DNA of 64,000 nt, taken from IMG/VR virus record IMGVR_UViG_3300020122_000238, positions 1 to 64,000 of that record. One strand, 5' to 3'. The notes below the pieces were generated by a model. That model had not been told where the DNA came from. It saw only the letters and a program-made list of their open reading frames with translations, and did no database searches. Positions 50,343-59,076 of this stretch are shown here, piece by piece (positions within the stretch are counted from its first letter, which is position 1; every line of letters begins with the position of its first letter). The position numbers were made by a program, and so were the translations under genes.

Positions 50343-50753
50343 ATGCCTACCTACACGTCTCGTTGTCTTGGGTGCCAGGCCACCAACAACCTTCGTCTCT
50401 CTTTTTCGGATTACGAGGGGGTGAAGCTCGGGGTGAAGCTTCTGGAGTGTTCCTCTTGCCAAGGGAAAGTGGAGATCGTTTTCAGCCCGGGGGAGATCAG
50501 CTTTGTCCTGAAGGATGGTGAGAGTGGGGGTTGGCCTGGGAAGGCTCTCATCGAGAACAAGCTGAGGGCCCGGCGGCGAGAGATTCTCGCCAAGAAGGAA
50601 CAGGATCATGTCTTCAAGTCGCGGCTCATCCCGAACTACAAGGGGATGGATACTGGGACTTGGAAGGAAGCACAGGAGGTCGCTCGTTCCGAGAACGGTA
50701 ACCACCTCGCGGCAACGTATGATCCTCTTGTCCAGAAGGAGAAGGCAGGATGA
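50343..50753 (+). CDS. FmdB-type zinc-ribbon protein
   Basis: MPTYTSRCLGC...CSSC...F.LK...GW. Confidence 0.75.
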   Translation: MPTYTSRCLGCQATNNLRLSFSDYEGVKLGVKLLECSSCQGKVEIVFSPGEISFVLKDGESGGWPGKALIENKLRARRREILAKKEQDHVFKSRLIPNYKGMDTGTWKEAQEVARSENGNHLAATYDPLVQKEKAG

Positions 50754-51379
50754 ACAGAACGTTTTCAGTCATCAGGCGGCGAGCCCATATCGTCGATCTG
50801 GTCACTCCCTTGGTCGATGGGACTCAGACTTACCGTCTCAAGTGGGCGGCGAATTTCGATGGGTCCTTCACCACGTTCTTGGACTCGACGAACGTAGGCT
50901 TCCTGGACACGGCGATCGACATCGCCGTTGTGGGTGCTCAGCCGACTTCTGGACGTCAAGTTCGGATTGTCTTTGACCCTACGACCTACAGCATTCCGGA
51001 TGGTAAGTCATTTTGGCTTCAGCTTTGGCGAGTGCCTTTTGGGGGTAGTGAAGTCCAGGTGTCGGCTGCTGGTCTTATCTTGGCGGATTCTGCTCAGCAT
51101 GGTACGGGAGCAGTGGTAATTCAAGGTAATGCTCCTTCAGGTGTTGACAGCACGGACGCTCTTCAGCTCGATTTCCCTAGGCGTATGCAGGATTTTCGTA
51201 TTCAGCATACAGGTCCTTCTGGTACACTCTACGTGTCTACAGAGCAAGATGGGGATGAAGTTAACTTCTCTCCCAGTTCTGATACAGCATTTGGCTTAAA
51301 TGTGATGCAGGGGAGTTTGTGGGTACGAGGTGGGGGGGGACTAGTACCATTTTCCATCATCTGTACTTCTTCTCGTTAA
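50750..51379 (+). CDS. Hypothetical beta-rich virion protein
   Basis: ATGA overlap; 209 aa. Confidence 0.7.
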   Translation: MNRTFSVIRRRAHIVDLVTPLVDGTQTYRLKWAANFDGSFTTFLDSTNVGFLDTAIDIAVVGAQPTSGRQVRIVFDPTTYSIPDGKSFWLQLWRVPFGGSEVQVSAAGLILADSAQHGTGAVVIQGNAPSGVDSTDALQLDFPRRMQDFRIQHTGPSGTLYVSTEQDGDEVNFSPSSDTAFGLNVMQGSLWVRGGGGLVPFSIICTSSR

Positions 51380-51440
51380 CGATTGAGCTTCTTTTTATGA
51401 TTTCAGATCGACGATCCCACTTCAGAGGGGCAGGAGCACC

Positions 51441-52403
51441 ATGATTCGACTCATTCACGCACAGACTGTCTCTGGTGCCATCCTCGTCGATGATCTCGAC
51501 GATGGACTGCCCAACAAGCAAGTCCACCGGCTCGGGAGCACGGCAGACCCCAAAGCGTACAAGCGCGATGGGTACGCGAATGAGCCGAAGCAGCCTTGCT
51601 ACGTCCCTCGCACCAAGCCGGGCGATGCAACCCTCCCGGGCTATATCGACTTGCAGGAAACGGCTCGGGTCGTCCTCTCGGCCGGCAAGGGGAAGATCTC
51701 CAAGCTCGTCACGGCGGGGCTGATCACGTCGGTCTCGCTGGTTGCGTCGAGCCTTGCGACGCCCGTCATCACCAACGCTCAGGCGAACACCCCGACGGCT
51801 GGCGATGTGACCCTCACGGGTACTGGCTTCCTCTCGACGGCCCCCAACATCTCGTCGGTCATCCTCACGGGAAGCGGTGCGGTCACCCTCACGCAGGCTC
51901 AGATCCTCGCGGGTGGTGGGACCATCTCGAACACCTCGATCGTTATCCCCTCCGCCCTCATCCCGGCCGCAGTGGCGGCCACGGGCTCGATCACGGTGGT
52001 GGCTGGAGCCAGCTTGGTGGCCGCGCAAACGTTCACCCTCAACGACGGCGTCAACGCGGCCACGGTCTTCGAGTTCGATTCCGGTGGTGGTGTGACGGGT
52101 GCCCATGTCGCCGTGCCCTTCACCTCGGGTGATTCTCTTGCCACGGTGAAGGCGGCTGTCATCGCTGCGATCAACGGTGTCGGAGCTGGGCTCGCCATCA
52201 CGGCTTCGAGCGGAGCAACGGGAGTCGTCAACCTCGTGAACGACGCTCTCGGCGTGATCGGTAACGTGACGATCACGGAGACGGTCGTCAACGCTGGCTT
52301 CATCGTCTCGGGGATGTCTGGTGGTGGTGGTGCGGCGGCTACCTCGTCATCGGCGCAGGTCAAGTCGGACGACCACCTCTCGAACGTCTTCGTGCTGGTC
52401 TGA
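51441..52403 (+). CDS. Virion structural protein with IPT/Ig-like domain
   Basis: A/T/G/V-rich; PVIT...GDVTLTGTGF shared with 52818. Confidence 0.75.
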   Translation: MIRLIHAQTVSGAILVDDLDDGLPNKQVHRLGSTADPKAYKRDGYANEPKQPCYVPRTKPGDATLPGYIDLQETARVVLSAGKGKISKLVTAGLITSVSLVASSLATPVITNAQANTPTAGDVTLTGTGFLSTAPNISSVILTGSGAVTLTQAQILAGGGTISNTSIVIPSALIPAAVAATGSITVVAGASLVAAQTFTLNDGVNAATVFEFDSGGGVTGAHVAVPFTSGDSLATVKAAVIAAINGVGAGLAITASSGATGVVNLVNDALGVIGNVTITETVVNAGFIVSGMSGGGGAAATSSSAQVKSDDHLSNVFVLV

Positions 52404-52410
52404 TCGTGAC

Positions 52411-52779
52411 GTGCAGTACCGCCTTCTACGCGAAATCCTGGATCTGGAGGGGTCATCCTTTCAGCGGATTGAACGTCGTTGGCGGCCTACGGACCTGTTC
52501 TACCAACAGCAGGTCCGTGCTCTCCTCAACGACATCCGCTCACGGTACGATCGGATGTCGTTTGCGGAGGAAGAGCTTCGGACGTTGGATCGGTCGGACC
52601 TCTACATCCGTGCCATTCGGAGAATGCGGCTATTCACACGAGCGGCAAACTTCACTTGGAAGTCGGACCAGCTCATCTTTCTCCGGTCGATCTCTGGGTT
52701 CTACGAAAGTTACGGCGTCATTTTACGCCTTCTCAAAATCGACCAGGCGAGGGGACGACTCGCCGATAGCACAACGTAG
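52411..52779 (+). CDS. Hypothetical Arg-rich protein
   Basis: Fills the gap between the two structural paralogues; start uncertain. Confidence 0.5.
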   Translation: MQYRLLREILDLEGSSFQRIERRWRPTDLFYQQQVRALLNDIRSRYDRMSFAEEELRTLDRSDLYIRAIRRMRLFTRAANFTWKSDQLIFLRSISGFYESYGVILRLLKIDQARGRLADSTT

Positions 52780-52817
52780 GGGGTCCTCGAACCTCCGTAG
52801 ATTGGGAGTCTGAGACA

Positions 52818-53930
52818 ATGCGTATTGGTGTCATTCGCGGGGACCTTTCGGGGCCCATCTTCTTGGCCGATCTGGAGCCCACGTCCCAGACCGACTTCCC
52901 GGTCGAGCCCGCAGGCTCGACCCGGTACCTCTCGCGTCCGGATTCCACGGTTGGAGCATCAGCTCTGGCATTGGTTCCGGCGACTATCGCCAGCACGGGA
53001 GACATCACGTTCCCGTTGACGGTGAACGGGTCGAACAACGTCCTGAAGCTTCGTATTCTCAGCACGGGTCTTTACACCACGGTCACGATTGCCAGCGCGA
53101 CCTACGCCAACATCACGACGCTGCTCGCGGCGATCAATGCGGCTCTGGTGACGGCTGCTATCTCGGCTCACGCCTCGACGTCGATCGGTCTCAGCTCGAC
53201 CCTTCGGATTGCTCTCAGCACGACGGCTTCCTTCGGGCCCGGGGCAACCATCGGAATCGACTCGACCGGCAACGGCTCGATCGCCAACGCTTCTCTTGGA
53301 CTTGGCACCGCTGCCCGTGCGGTCACGGTGCCCACCGTGGCATCCATGGTCGCGGCTTTCCTCCCGGTGGGTGGGCCCCTCGACGTCTCGCAGGCAACGA
53401 TCCTCTCGACGGTCGGGTACGGTCTCTCCCTGGTTCAGGTCAAGGCCATCGCAGACGCCATCGCTCCGCAGTTCGTCGAGAGCAACGTCGCCATTCAGAG
53501 CCTCAAGAAGGGCAACCTGGCGGGGTTCCTGTCGGCGAGCTTCAATCCTGACGTGTACCGGCTCCCGGCCATCTCCGCTGGGGCGGCAATCACGGTCGTC
53601 CACGATGATGGGAGCACGGTCTTCTCGACGGGCCTTCCGGTTATCACGAGTGCAGCCATCAACACCCCGAATACGGGTGACGTGACCATCACGGGGACCA
53701 ACCTCGGCAACGCGGAGCAGGAACTCGTGACCGTCAAGTTCACGGGCCTGGTTCATAAGTCGATCGTTCAGAAGGTCCTGGAGACGACCAACACGGGTGG
53801 AACCCAGGGCTCCGTCTCGGCGACCTCGATTGTGATCCCGGCTTCTCTCATCCCTGGGGCGGCTGCGGCCACCACGAGCGTGCAGGTCAAGTACGACAGC
53901 TTCGCATCGGGGATCACGCTTCTCACCTGA
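52818..53930 (+). CDS. Virion structural protein with IPT/Ig-like domain
   Basis: PVIT...GDVTITGTNL and SIVIPASLIP shared with 51441. Confidence 0.75.
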   Translation: MRIGVIRGDLSGPIFLADLEPTSQTDFPVEPAGSTRYLSRPDSTVGASALALVPATIASTGDITFPLTVNGSNNVLKLRILSTGLYTTVTIASATYANITTLLAAINAALVTAAISAHASTSIGLSSTLRIALSTTASFGPGATIGIDSTGNGSIANASLGLGTAARAVTVPTVASMVAAFLPVGGPLDVSQATILSTVGYGLSLVQVKAIADAIAPQFVESNVAIQSLKKGNLAGFLSASFNPDVYRLPAISAGAAITVVHDDGSTVFSTGLPVITSAAINTPNTGDVTITGTNLGNAEQELVTVKFTGLVHKSIVQKVLETTNTGGTQGSVSATSIVIPASLIPGAAAATTSVQVKYDSFASGITLLT

Positions 53931-53964
53931 TCACGCCACGCTACAAAGATGAAATGAGGATGTA

Positions 53965-54213
53965 ATGCCTGTTGGAAACGCTCCCGAATTCCGTACGTCA
54001 GATCTCTACTTCGCGGCCTACTTGAAGACTGCGGGTGTCGAGATGAGGCGTGCGGAACGCTCTACAAACGGCAAGGTGCAATTCGTGTTCGACACGAGCA
54101 TCGCGAACATTGACGAATTGCAATCGGGTTGGATCAACAACTCGGGGAAGGTGCCTGCCAACACCTACGCCTTCAACATCAAGAGCTTGAAATCGATCTG
54201 TCACATGCAGTAG
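53965..54213 (+). CDS. DUF5659-like small protein
   Basis: TSDLYFAAYL...G motif. Confidence 0.65.
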   Translation: MPVGNAPEFRTSDLYFAAYLKTAGVEMRRAERSTNGKVQFVFDTSIANIDELQSGWINNSGKVPANTYAFNIKSLKSICHMQ

Positions 54214-54226
54214 GGCTCGGAGCACC

Positions 54227-54400
54227 ATGTCCGTCATCGAGTTGAATGCCGTCGTTCAGGGGGTGTCCGAAGTGAAGGCTGGCGTGGGGGTGTCGTTGTC
54301 CCTATATGCGTTTCTTCGCACTTTGAGTGTCCTCGGGGTGGGTCGTCCCAAACAAGCCGTTGAGAGCCACCCGAAGGCTCATGAGGAATCCTCAACGTGA
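54227..54400 (+). CDS. Small hypothetical protein (57 aa)
   Basis: GGAG RBS; stop overlaps the next GTG (GTGA). Confidence 0.5.
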   Translation: MSVIELNAVVQGVSEVKAGVGVSLSLYAFLRTLSVLGVGRPKQAVESHPKAHEESST

Positions 54401-54780
54401 ATCTTCGCTGGAGGCTCATTCCTACGAATCAGCCAGCTCTCGATCTGGCTGATATCTTCCAGGTGGACGGGTTCACCCGGATCACGGGCCTTTCTGCGTC
54501 GCAAGTCAGCGTCCAAGTCTTCTGCAACAATATCCCCCAGCCCTGGACGACCCTCAGTGGAGCCGGTTTCACTGATGCACAGCTTCTCACGGGACATGTC
54601 TATTGGCATGAGGTGGGGGCTGGAACGGGGTACTACAGCGTTCGTTGGCGGCCGAATGGGGTGGGTTTCTGGCGGGTACTCATCACCTATGCTGTGGTCC
54701 CCCAAGTCACAGCTCTGGACTACGACGTCGTGGCATTTCCCCCTGATAGCCAGGGGCTCAAGGTTTCATTTGTACCTTAA
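54397..54780 (+). CDS. Ig-like virion protein
   Basis: GYYSVRW.P...G.WRV pattern. Confidence 0.65.
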   Translation: MNLRWRLIPTNQPALDLADIFQVDGFTRITGLSASQVSVQVFCNNIPQPWTTLSGAGFTDAQLLTGHVYWHEVGAGTGYYSVRWRPNGVGFWRVLITYAVVPQVTALDYDVVAFPPDSQGLKVSFVP

Positions 54781-54800
54781 CGAGGGGAGGAGCCAGCGAC

Positions 54801-55184
54801 ATGCCCAAGAGCATATACCTCATCAATGAAGTTCTGAATTCGGTTCTACGGAACACCGCGTTCGTTGTCCCGACAACGTCCTACGTTGCTCTGTACACGG
54901 TAGCCCCGGGCATTGGTGGTGGTGGGACTGAGGTGACTGGCGGATCCTATGTGCGTCAGGCGGCCACGTTCGCCGCCCCTTCAGGGGGTGCGTCGGCAAC
55001 ATCTGCCGACGTGGTGTACCCCATCGCCACAGCAGACTGGGGTACGGTGGTGGCGTTCGCCCTCTTTGATGCGTCGACCGCGGGCAACCTCCTCTACTTC
55101 GCGAATCTTACGGTTTCCAGGTCCATTCTCACGAATGACCAAGTGAAGTTCCCCTCTGGGCAGCTCATCGTCACCGAGTCCTGA
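54801..55184 (+). CDS. Conserved phage tail/virion structural protein
   Basis: YVALYT..P...GTEVTGGSYVRQ...DWGTV....LFDA.TAGNLL family motif. Confidence 0.8.
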   Translation: MPKSIYLINEVLNSVLRNTAFVVPTTSYVALYTVAPGIGGGGTEVTGGSYVRQAATFAAPSGGASATSADVVYPIATADWGTVVAFALFDASTAGNLLYFANLTVSRSILTNDQVKFPSGQLIVTES

Positions 55185-55227
55185 TCGATGGTCTCCGGCC
55201 AAACTGTCTTCCAAGGTATTTGTCAAC

Positions 55228-55911
55228 GTGCATACAGTGTCGGGCACCTCGGATGGAGTGGGAGACTTTACTGGGACGCTGATTGATGTTGGCATGACTG
55301 GGGTTGTGTTCGGAGTGGGGGCTCTGCAAAGTTCACTCAGCATCGAGATCAACCCGACGGCTCATGTTTTTGGGGGTGTCGATCTGCAAGGTGACGGGGC
55401 CCTCCTTCGCTCGCTGATTGGGGACGTCTTCGGTCATGGTGGGCTCCAGCTATCCGAGCTTGAAGCTCTCGCGGGGATTGGGATCTTGGCGGGCTACCTG
55501 GATCTCGTACATGTCCCGAGGCCTATCCGTTGTCCCTGGAGGTCCAGGGATTTCCGGCTCGGTCATGTCTTCGGCCGTGGCGATTTGAGCTTCTTGTTGC
55601 GACGCGACGGGGCATACAGTTCGCCGTATCGAGTGACCTACAGTTTGTTCCAGGTGCATCCTGGGGGATCCCAACAGCTTGTGGGATCTCCTGAACGCTA
55701 CCCTGTTATGGCGGCGGTCGGGGAATACTACGCCACATTCCGGTCCGATGATGTGGGCCAGCCGGGGGATTGGTTGATCCGATGGCGGTATCAACTAAGT
55801 TCTTCTACTCAACAAGAGGTTGAGGACTACAGGTTCCGTATCCTCGATGCGGTTCTTGCGAAAGATCCAAACGATGGCACTCCCCGAAAGACACGACGCG
55901 GCTGGTTCTGA
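55228..55911 (+). CDS. Virion protein; C-terminal domain paralogous to the 56325 N-terminus
   Basis: GRGDL...VTYSL...VG.P.R.P....VGEYYA...G...IRW. Confidence 0.65.
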   Translation: MHTVSGTSDGVGDFTGTLIDVGMTGVVFGVGALQSSLSIEINPTAHVFGGVDLQGDGALLRSLIGDVFGHGGLQLSELEALAGIGILAGYLDLVHVPRPIRCPWRSRDFRLGHVFGRGDLSFLLRRDGAYSSPYRVTYSLFQVHPGGSQQLVGSPERYPVMAAVGEYYATFRSDDVGQPGDWLIRWRYQLSSSTQQEVEDYRFRILDAVLAKDPNDGTPRKTRRGWF

Positions 55912-56323
55912 TCTGACCTCCCGGGTGGCTCATCGCTACTCGGGGTCAAAGAAGGTCGCCCTCAACCAGGACTTCTGGTTGAACTCCGACGATGTTGCCG
56001 AGGTGTGCCCTCCTTGTGGGAAGCGCATGGCTTCGTTGGGGATCCGTCGCATCCGAGCATCAGTCATCTACGGGCAGGACATGCTCAAGCTCGCAGCCAC
56101 AGTTCATCTGGCTTCGGAGTGGAAAGACCTCCCTGAAGGTTGGACTGATGACTCCAGGAAGAAGTTCTGGGAGAGCATTGGGGGATCCGTTGCAAGGTGC
56201 ATCGCGAAGGTTCAGGGGCATGTGACTGACCCCCAGGCTTTCGCTGAGGCCCTCAAAGATCGCATCGAAGGCAAGTCGGGGTGGTCTGAGCCAAGGGCGT
56301 CAGAGTCTCCCTTGGAGGACTGA
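55874..56323 (+). CDS. Hypothetical head-region protein
   Basis: SRVAHRY motif, CPPC; start uncertain. Confidence 0.65.
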   Translation: MALPERHDAAGSDLTSRVAHRYSGSKKVALNQDFWLNSDDVAEVCPPCGKRMASLGIRRIRASVIYGQDMLKLAATVHLASEWKDLPEGWTDDSRKKFWESIGGSVARCIAKVQGHVTDPQAFAEALKDRIEGKSGWSEPRASESPLED

Positions 56324-56324
56324 C

Positions 56325-57224
56325 ATGGGCACAGCATTCTTCCGAGGACAACAGCTCGGGCGTAGCGATCTCAACATCTTCCTGGTCAACGCCTCGGGCA
56401 CGCCCACCAACGCCGCGGAGATCACGTACGCCCTCCTCGACTTCACGACGGGAGGGGAAGTCGTTGTGGGGCCTCCTCGAAGGAACCCCGCGAACCCTTC
56501 GGTTGGGGAGTACTACGCCAGCATCGTCATCCCCCTCGACGCCAATATCGGTTCTTATCGGATTCGTTGGACGATACGCGAGATAGTGGGGGCTCCCATT
56601 CAGCAGGTCGTCCAGGAGTTCGAGGTGGTGGACAAGACGACCGTGGGGGAGTGGGGCCCAGCGACGTACACCCTCATCGAGAGGGACCTCATGCGCCGGC
56701 TGCGCATGCTCCTTCGCGACAACAACCCGGATCGGAACTACCACTTCAGGCCGCCGTCACGGGAGACCACCGTGAAGCAGTACAACCGGGTCTTCGGGTA
56801 CATCTGGGAGGACGAAGAGCTGCAAGAGTTCATCGAGCGTTCGATGGACATGGTCATCGCCTCGCCTCCGAGGACCCCATTCGCGAACATCGACCAGATG
56901 TGCCGGGCTCGCCCCGAGTGGCGAACGCTGCTCCTCACGGGAGGAATGATCCATGCCCTCCAGGCCGTTCGCATCAACTGGATTGCCGACGAGTTCGATT
57001 ACTCGATTGGCGGGGTATCCCTTAACCTCGACAAGGCCAGCAAGTATGAGGGGGCTCTTCAGTCCTCTACCGAGCAGTTCGACAAGCAGCTCGAAAAGGC
57101 CAAGGCCACGGTCAACTACGTTCGAGGTCTCCAACAACCCAAATTCGGGGTTGGTATTCGGTCGGCCTTCGGCCCCTATACCGGAGCTGGCGTCCTGACC
57201 CCCAGGAAGTTCACGGGATTCTGA
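56325..57224 (+). CDS. Putative head-tail adaptor/neck protein
   Basis: Ig-like N-terminus; LRMLLRD...WEDEEL...FDYSIGGVSL pattern seen in head-completion proteins. Confidence 0.6.
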   Translation: MGTAFFRGQQLGRSDLNIFLVNASGTPTNAAEITYALLDFTTGGEVVVGPPRRNPANPSVGEYYASIVIPLDANIGSYRIRWTIREIVGAPIQQVVQEFEVVDKTTVGEWGPATYTLIERDLMRRLRMLLRDNNPDRNYHFRPPSRETTVKQYNRVFGYIWEDEELQEFIERSMDMVIASPPRTPFANIDQMCRARPEWRTLLLTGGMIHALQAVRINWIADEFDYSIGGVSLNLDKASKYEGALQSSTEQFDKQLEKAKATVNYVRGLQQPKFGVGIRSAFGPYTGAGVLTPRKFTGF

Positions 57225-57240
57225 TCCCAGGAGAAATCAC

Positions 57241-58149
57241 ATGGCATACGATCTAAATCACATCTTCACGTACCACCGTCCCACTGCGGATCAGCTCCCG
57301 AAGTACGAGATGATCCGAGATGCAGCGAAGACTTTCGCCTCGGTCGTTCTCGCGTGTACTCCCGCTGGGGAGGACCAGACGACGGCCATTCGGCACATCA
57401 GGGATGCGGTCATGACCGCCAACGCGGCCATCGCTTTGAAGGGCGTCCTGACCAAGGGTGAGACCTTGCTGAAGGCTCTGTCTAGCAAGGTCTATGCGTC
57501 CATCGAGCGGGATGATGTCCGTGTTGCTCGGCTCTACATCAACAACGAAGAGTACGTGACTCTCCGAACGGAGTGCTTGGCATCGTTCGATAGGACGTCC
57601 AACCGAGCAATCATTGAGGCAGGCATCATGGGGAGTCTGTTGGGCGCTCAGGTATACATCTCCGAAGCTGTTCCTCCGGGCTTCGCTTGTGGATTTGCGG
57701 ACGACGCCGACTTTCCCACCCTTGTGATCACTCCGGAGCTGATCCAGACGAAGCTCGTGAACCTCTGCGACTATGGGGATGCGGTTTCGGTATACCCCCG
57801 GCCGGATGCTGTGGCCCGAAAAGCGGCTGTGATGAAGGCCTACGCGGAGAGGGTCTTCGCTTCCCATGGGGCTGCGGGCAATAAGGTCGAGCACATCTAC
57901 ATGAACGCGTACGAGTATGCGGACATCCGCAAGTTCGGACACGATGTCCTGGAGATCGAAAGCCAAGCTATCATCCTCCGCAAGGGGATCATGGGGGTCT
58001 TCCACGGCGCACAGGTCCACGTCTCGCGGGAGGTTCCTCGCGGACAGGTGGCTGTTTTCGCGACGGGGGACGTGATCCCTGAGAAGGTCTCGGAGATGAA
58101 GTTCTTCACGCTGATGTACCCCGAGGAGCAGGGGTCGGCAGCGGTGTAG
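57241..58149 (+). CDS. Acb2/Tad1-like domain fused to two MCP-derived domains
   Basis: N-terminal FTYHxP...Q...Y..IR...AVMTANAAIA hairpin; two repeats similar to the MCP (20/25 identical in the best block); AGGAG RBS. Confidence 0.8.
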   Translation: MAYDLNHIFTYHRPTADQLPKYEMIRDAAKTFASVVLACTPAGEDQTTAIRHIRDAVMTANAAIALKGVLTKGETLLKALSSKVYASIERDDVRVARLYINNEEYVTLRTECLASFDRTSNRAIIEAGIMGSLLGAQVYISEAVPPGFACGFADDADFPTLVITPELIQTKLVNLCDYGDAVSVYPRPDAVARKAAVMKAYAERVFASHGAAGNKVEHIYMNAYEYADIRKFGHDVLEIESQAIILRKGIMGVFHGAQVHVSREVPRGQVAVFATGDVIPEKVSEMKFFTLMYPEEQGSAAV

Positions 58150-58158
58150 GGACGGAGC

Positions 58159-58536
58159 ATGCCCGCCTTTGTTCACCCCTGTATTTGCGGTTTTCTAGGG
58201 CGGGGCCTGAATCTGATGAAGCGGCATCGAGCCCGGTGCCGCTTGTGGAAGGACCGCCCGGACCCGCGGGGATTGTCGATCCAGCGCCGGAAGGCGGCTC
58301 TTCTTCGGGGTGGTGAGCCCAAATGCGCGGAGTGCCATAACCGGGTTGATGGCCATCTCTCGACATGCTCCCAGTCGTTGTCGGAGAAAGCACGCAAGGA
58401 TGCGCTTCTCCGCAACGGGATCAACCCGGCACAGTTCGAGGTGTTCCTTCGTCTCCTGGCGAAGAGGTACGAGGACGGGGGTCAGTTCAGCGACAGGGGA
58501 ACGGCCGGCGGCTTGAGCACCGCGCTGTCGAAGTAG
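58159..58536 (+). CDS. Hypothetical Cys/His zinc-finger protein
   Basis: CxC...H...C and CxxC...H...C; GGTGTA-N10-ATG upstream. Confidence 0.6.
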   Translation: MPAFVHPCICGFLGRGLNLMKRHRARCRLWKDRPDPRGLSIQRRKAALLRGGEPKCAECHNRVDGHLSTCSQSLSEKARKDALLRNGINPAQFEVFLRLLAKRYEDGGQFSDRGTAGGLSTALSK

Positions 58537-58739
58537 CAGGTCTTGTCCTTCGCGTCCGTGGCCATGAAGATCATGCGGAGGCCTCCAACTTCGGGGACGT
58601 TCACGACGTGCGGCGTCCACCCGGTCTGCTTGCAGATGTGGAAAAGGGCGTGAAGAGCCCCATCCGTGGCGAGGTTGATGGCCATTTCCACGTCCATCGG
58701 CATGGACAGAGGGACTTCGGTGCTTTGGTTCGTAGACAT
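58482..58739 (-). CDS. Hypothetical protein
   Basis: 85-aa ORF with genome-typical codons filling a gap. Confidence 0.5.
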   Translation of the reverse strand: MSTNQSTEVPLSMPMDVEMAINLATDGALHALFHICKQTGWTPHVVNVPEVGGLRMIFMATDAKDKTCYFDSAVLKPPAVPLSLN

Positions 58740-58780
58740 ACACGTCGTACAGGCTTCGAGCCTCGGCGATCAACAACGAG

Positions 58781-59068
58781 ATGGAAATGAGTAACGAAAC
58801 CGAGAAGAAGCTCACCGTGAACGACCCGGTCGATGCTGCCACCCTCAAGCACCTCGAAGAAGTGGACGGGGCTCGCAAGATGCTCGCGGCCCAGCTCCTC
58901 GAACTGGAGGAAGAGAAGATCCGCCTCCTCGTCGCCGCTCGCCCACTTCGAGATGAGCGGGACAAGGTCTTCCAGAAGATCCTCATGGATCGGGGTCTAC
59001 CCCCGGACTTCCCTGTGGATGTTGACGAGACGGGGAAGCTCTTTCCTTTGAAGCCCCTTCCGAAGTAG
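58781..59068 (+). CDS. Hypothetical coiled-coil protein
   Basis: 95 aa, strong codon bias. Confidence 0.7.
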   Translation: MEMSNETEKKLTVNDPVDAATLKHLEEVDGARKMLAAQLLELEEEKIRLLVAARPLRDERDKVFQKILMDRGLPPDFPVDVDETGKLFPLKPLPK

Positions 59069-59076
59069 GAGTAAAC

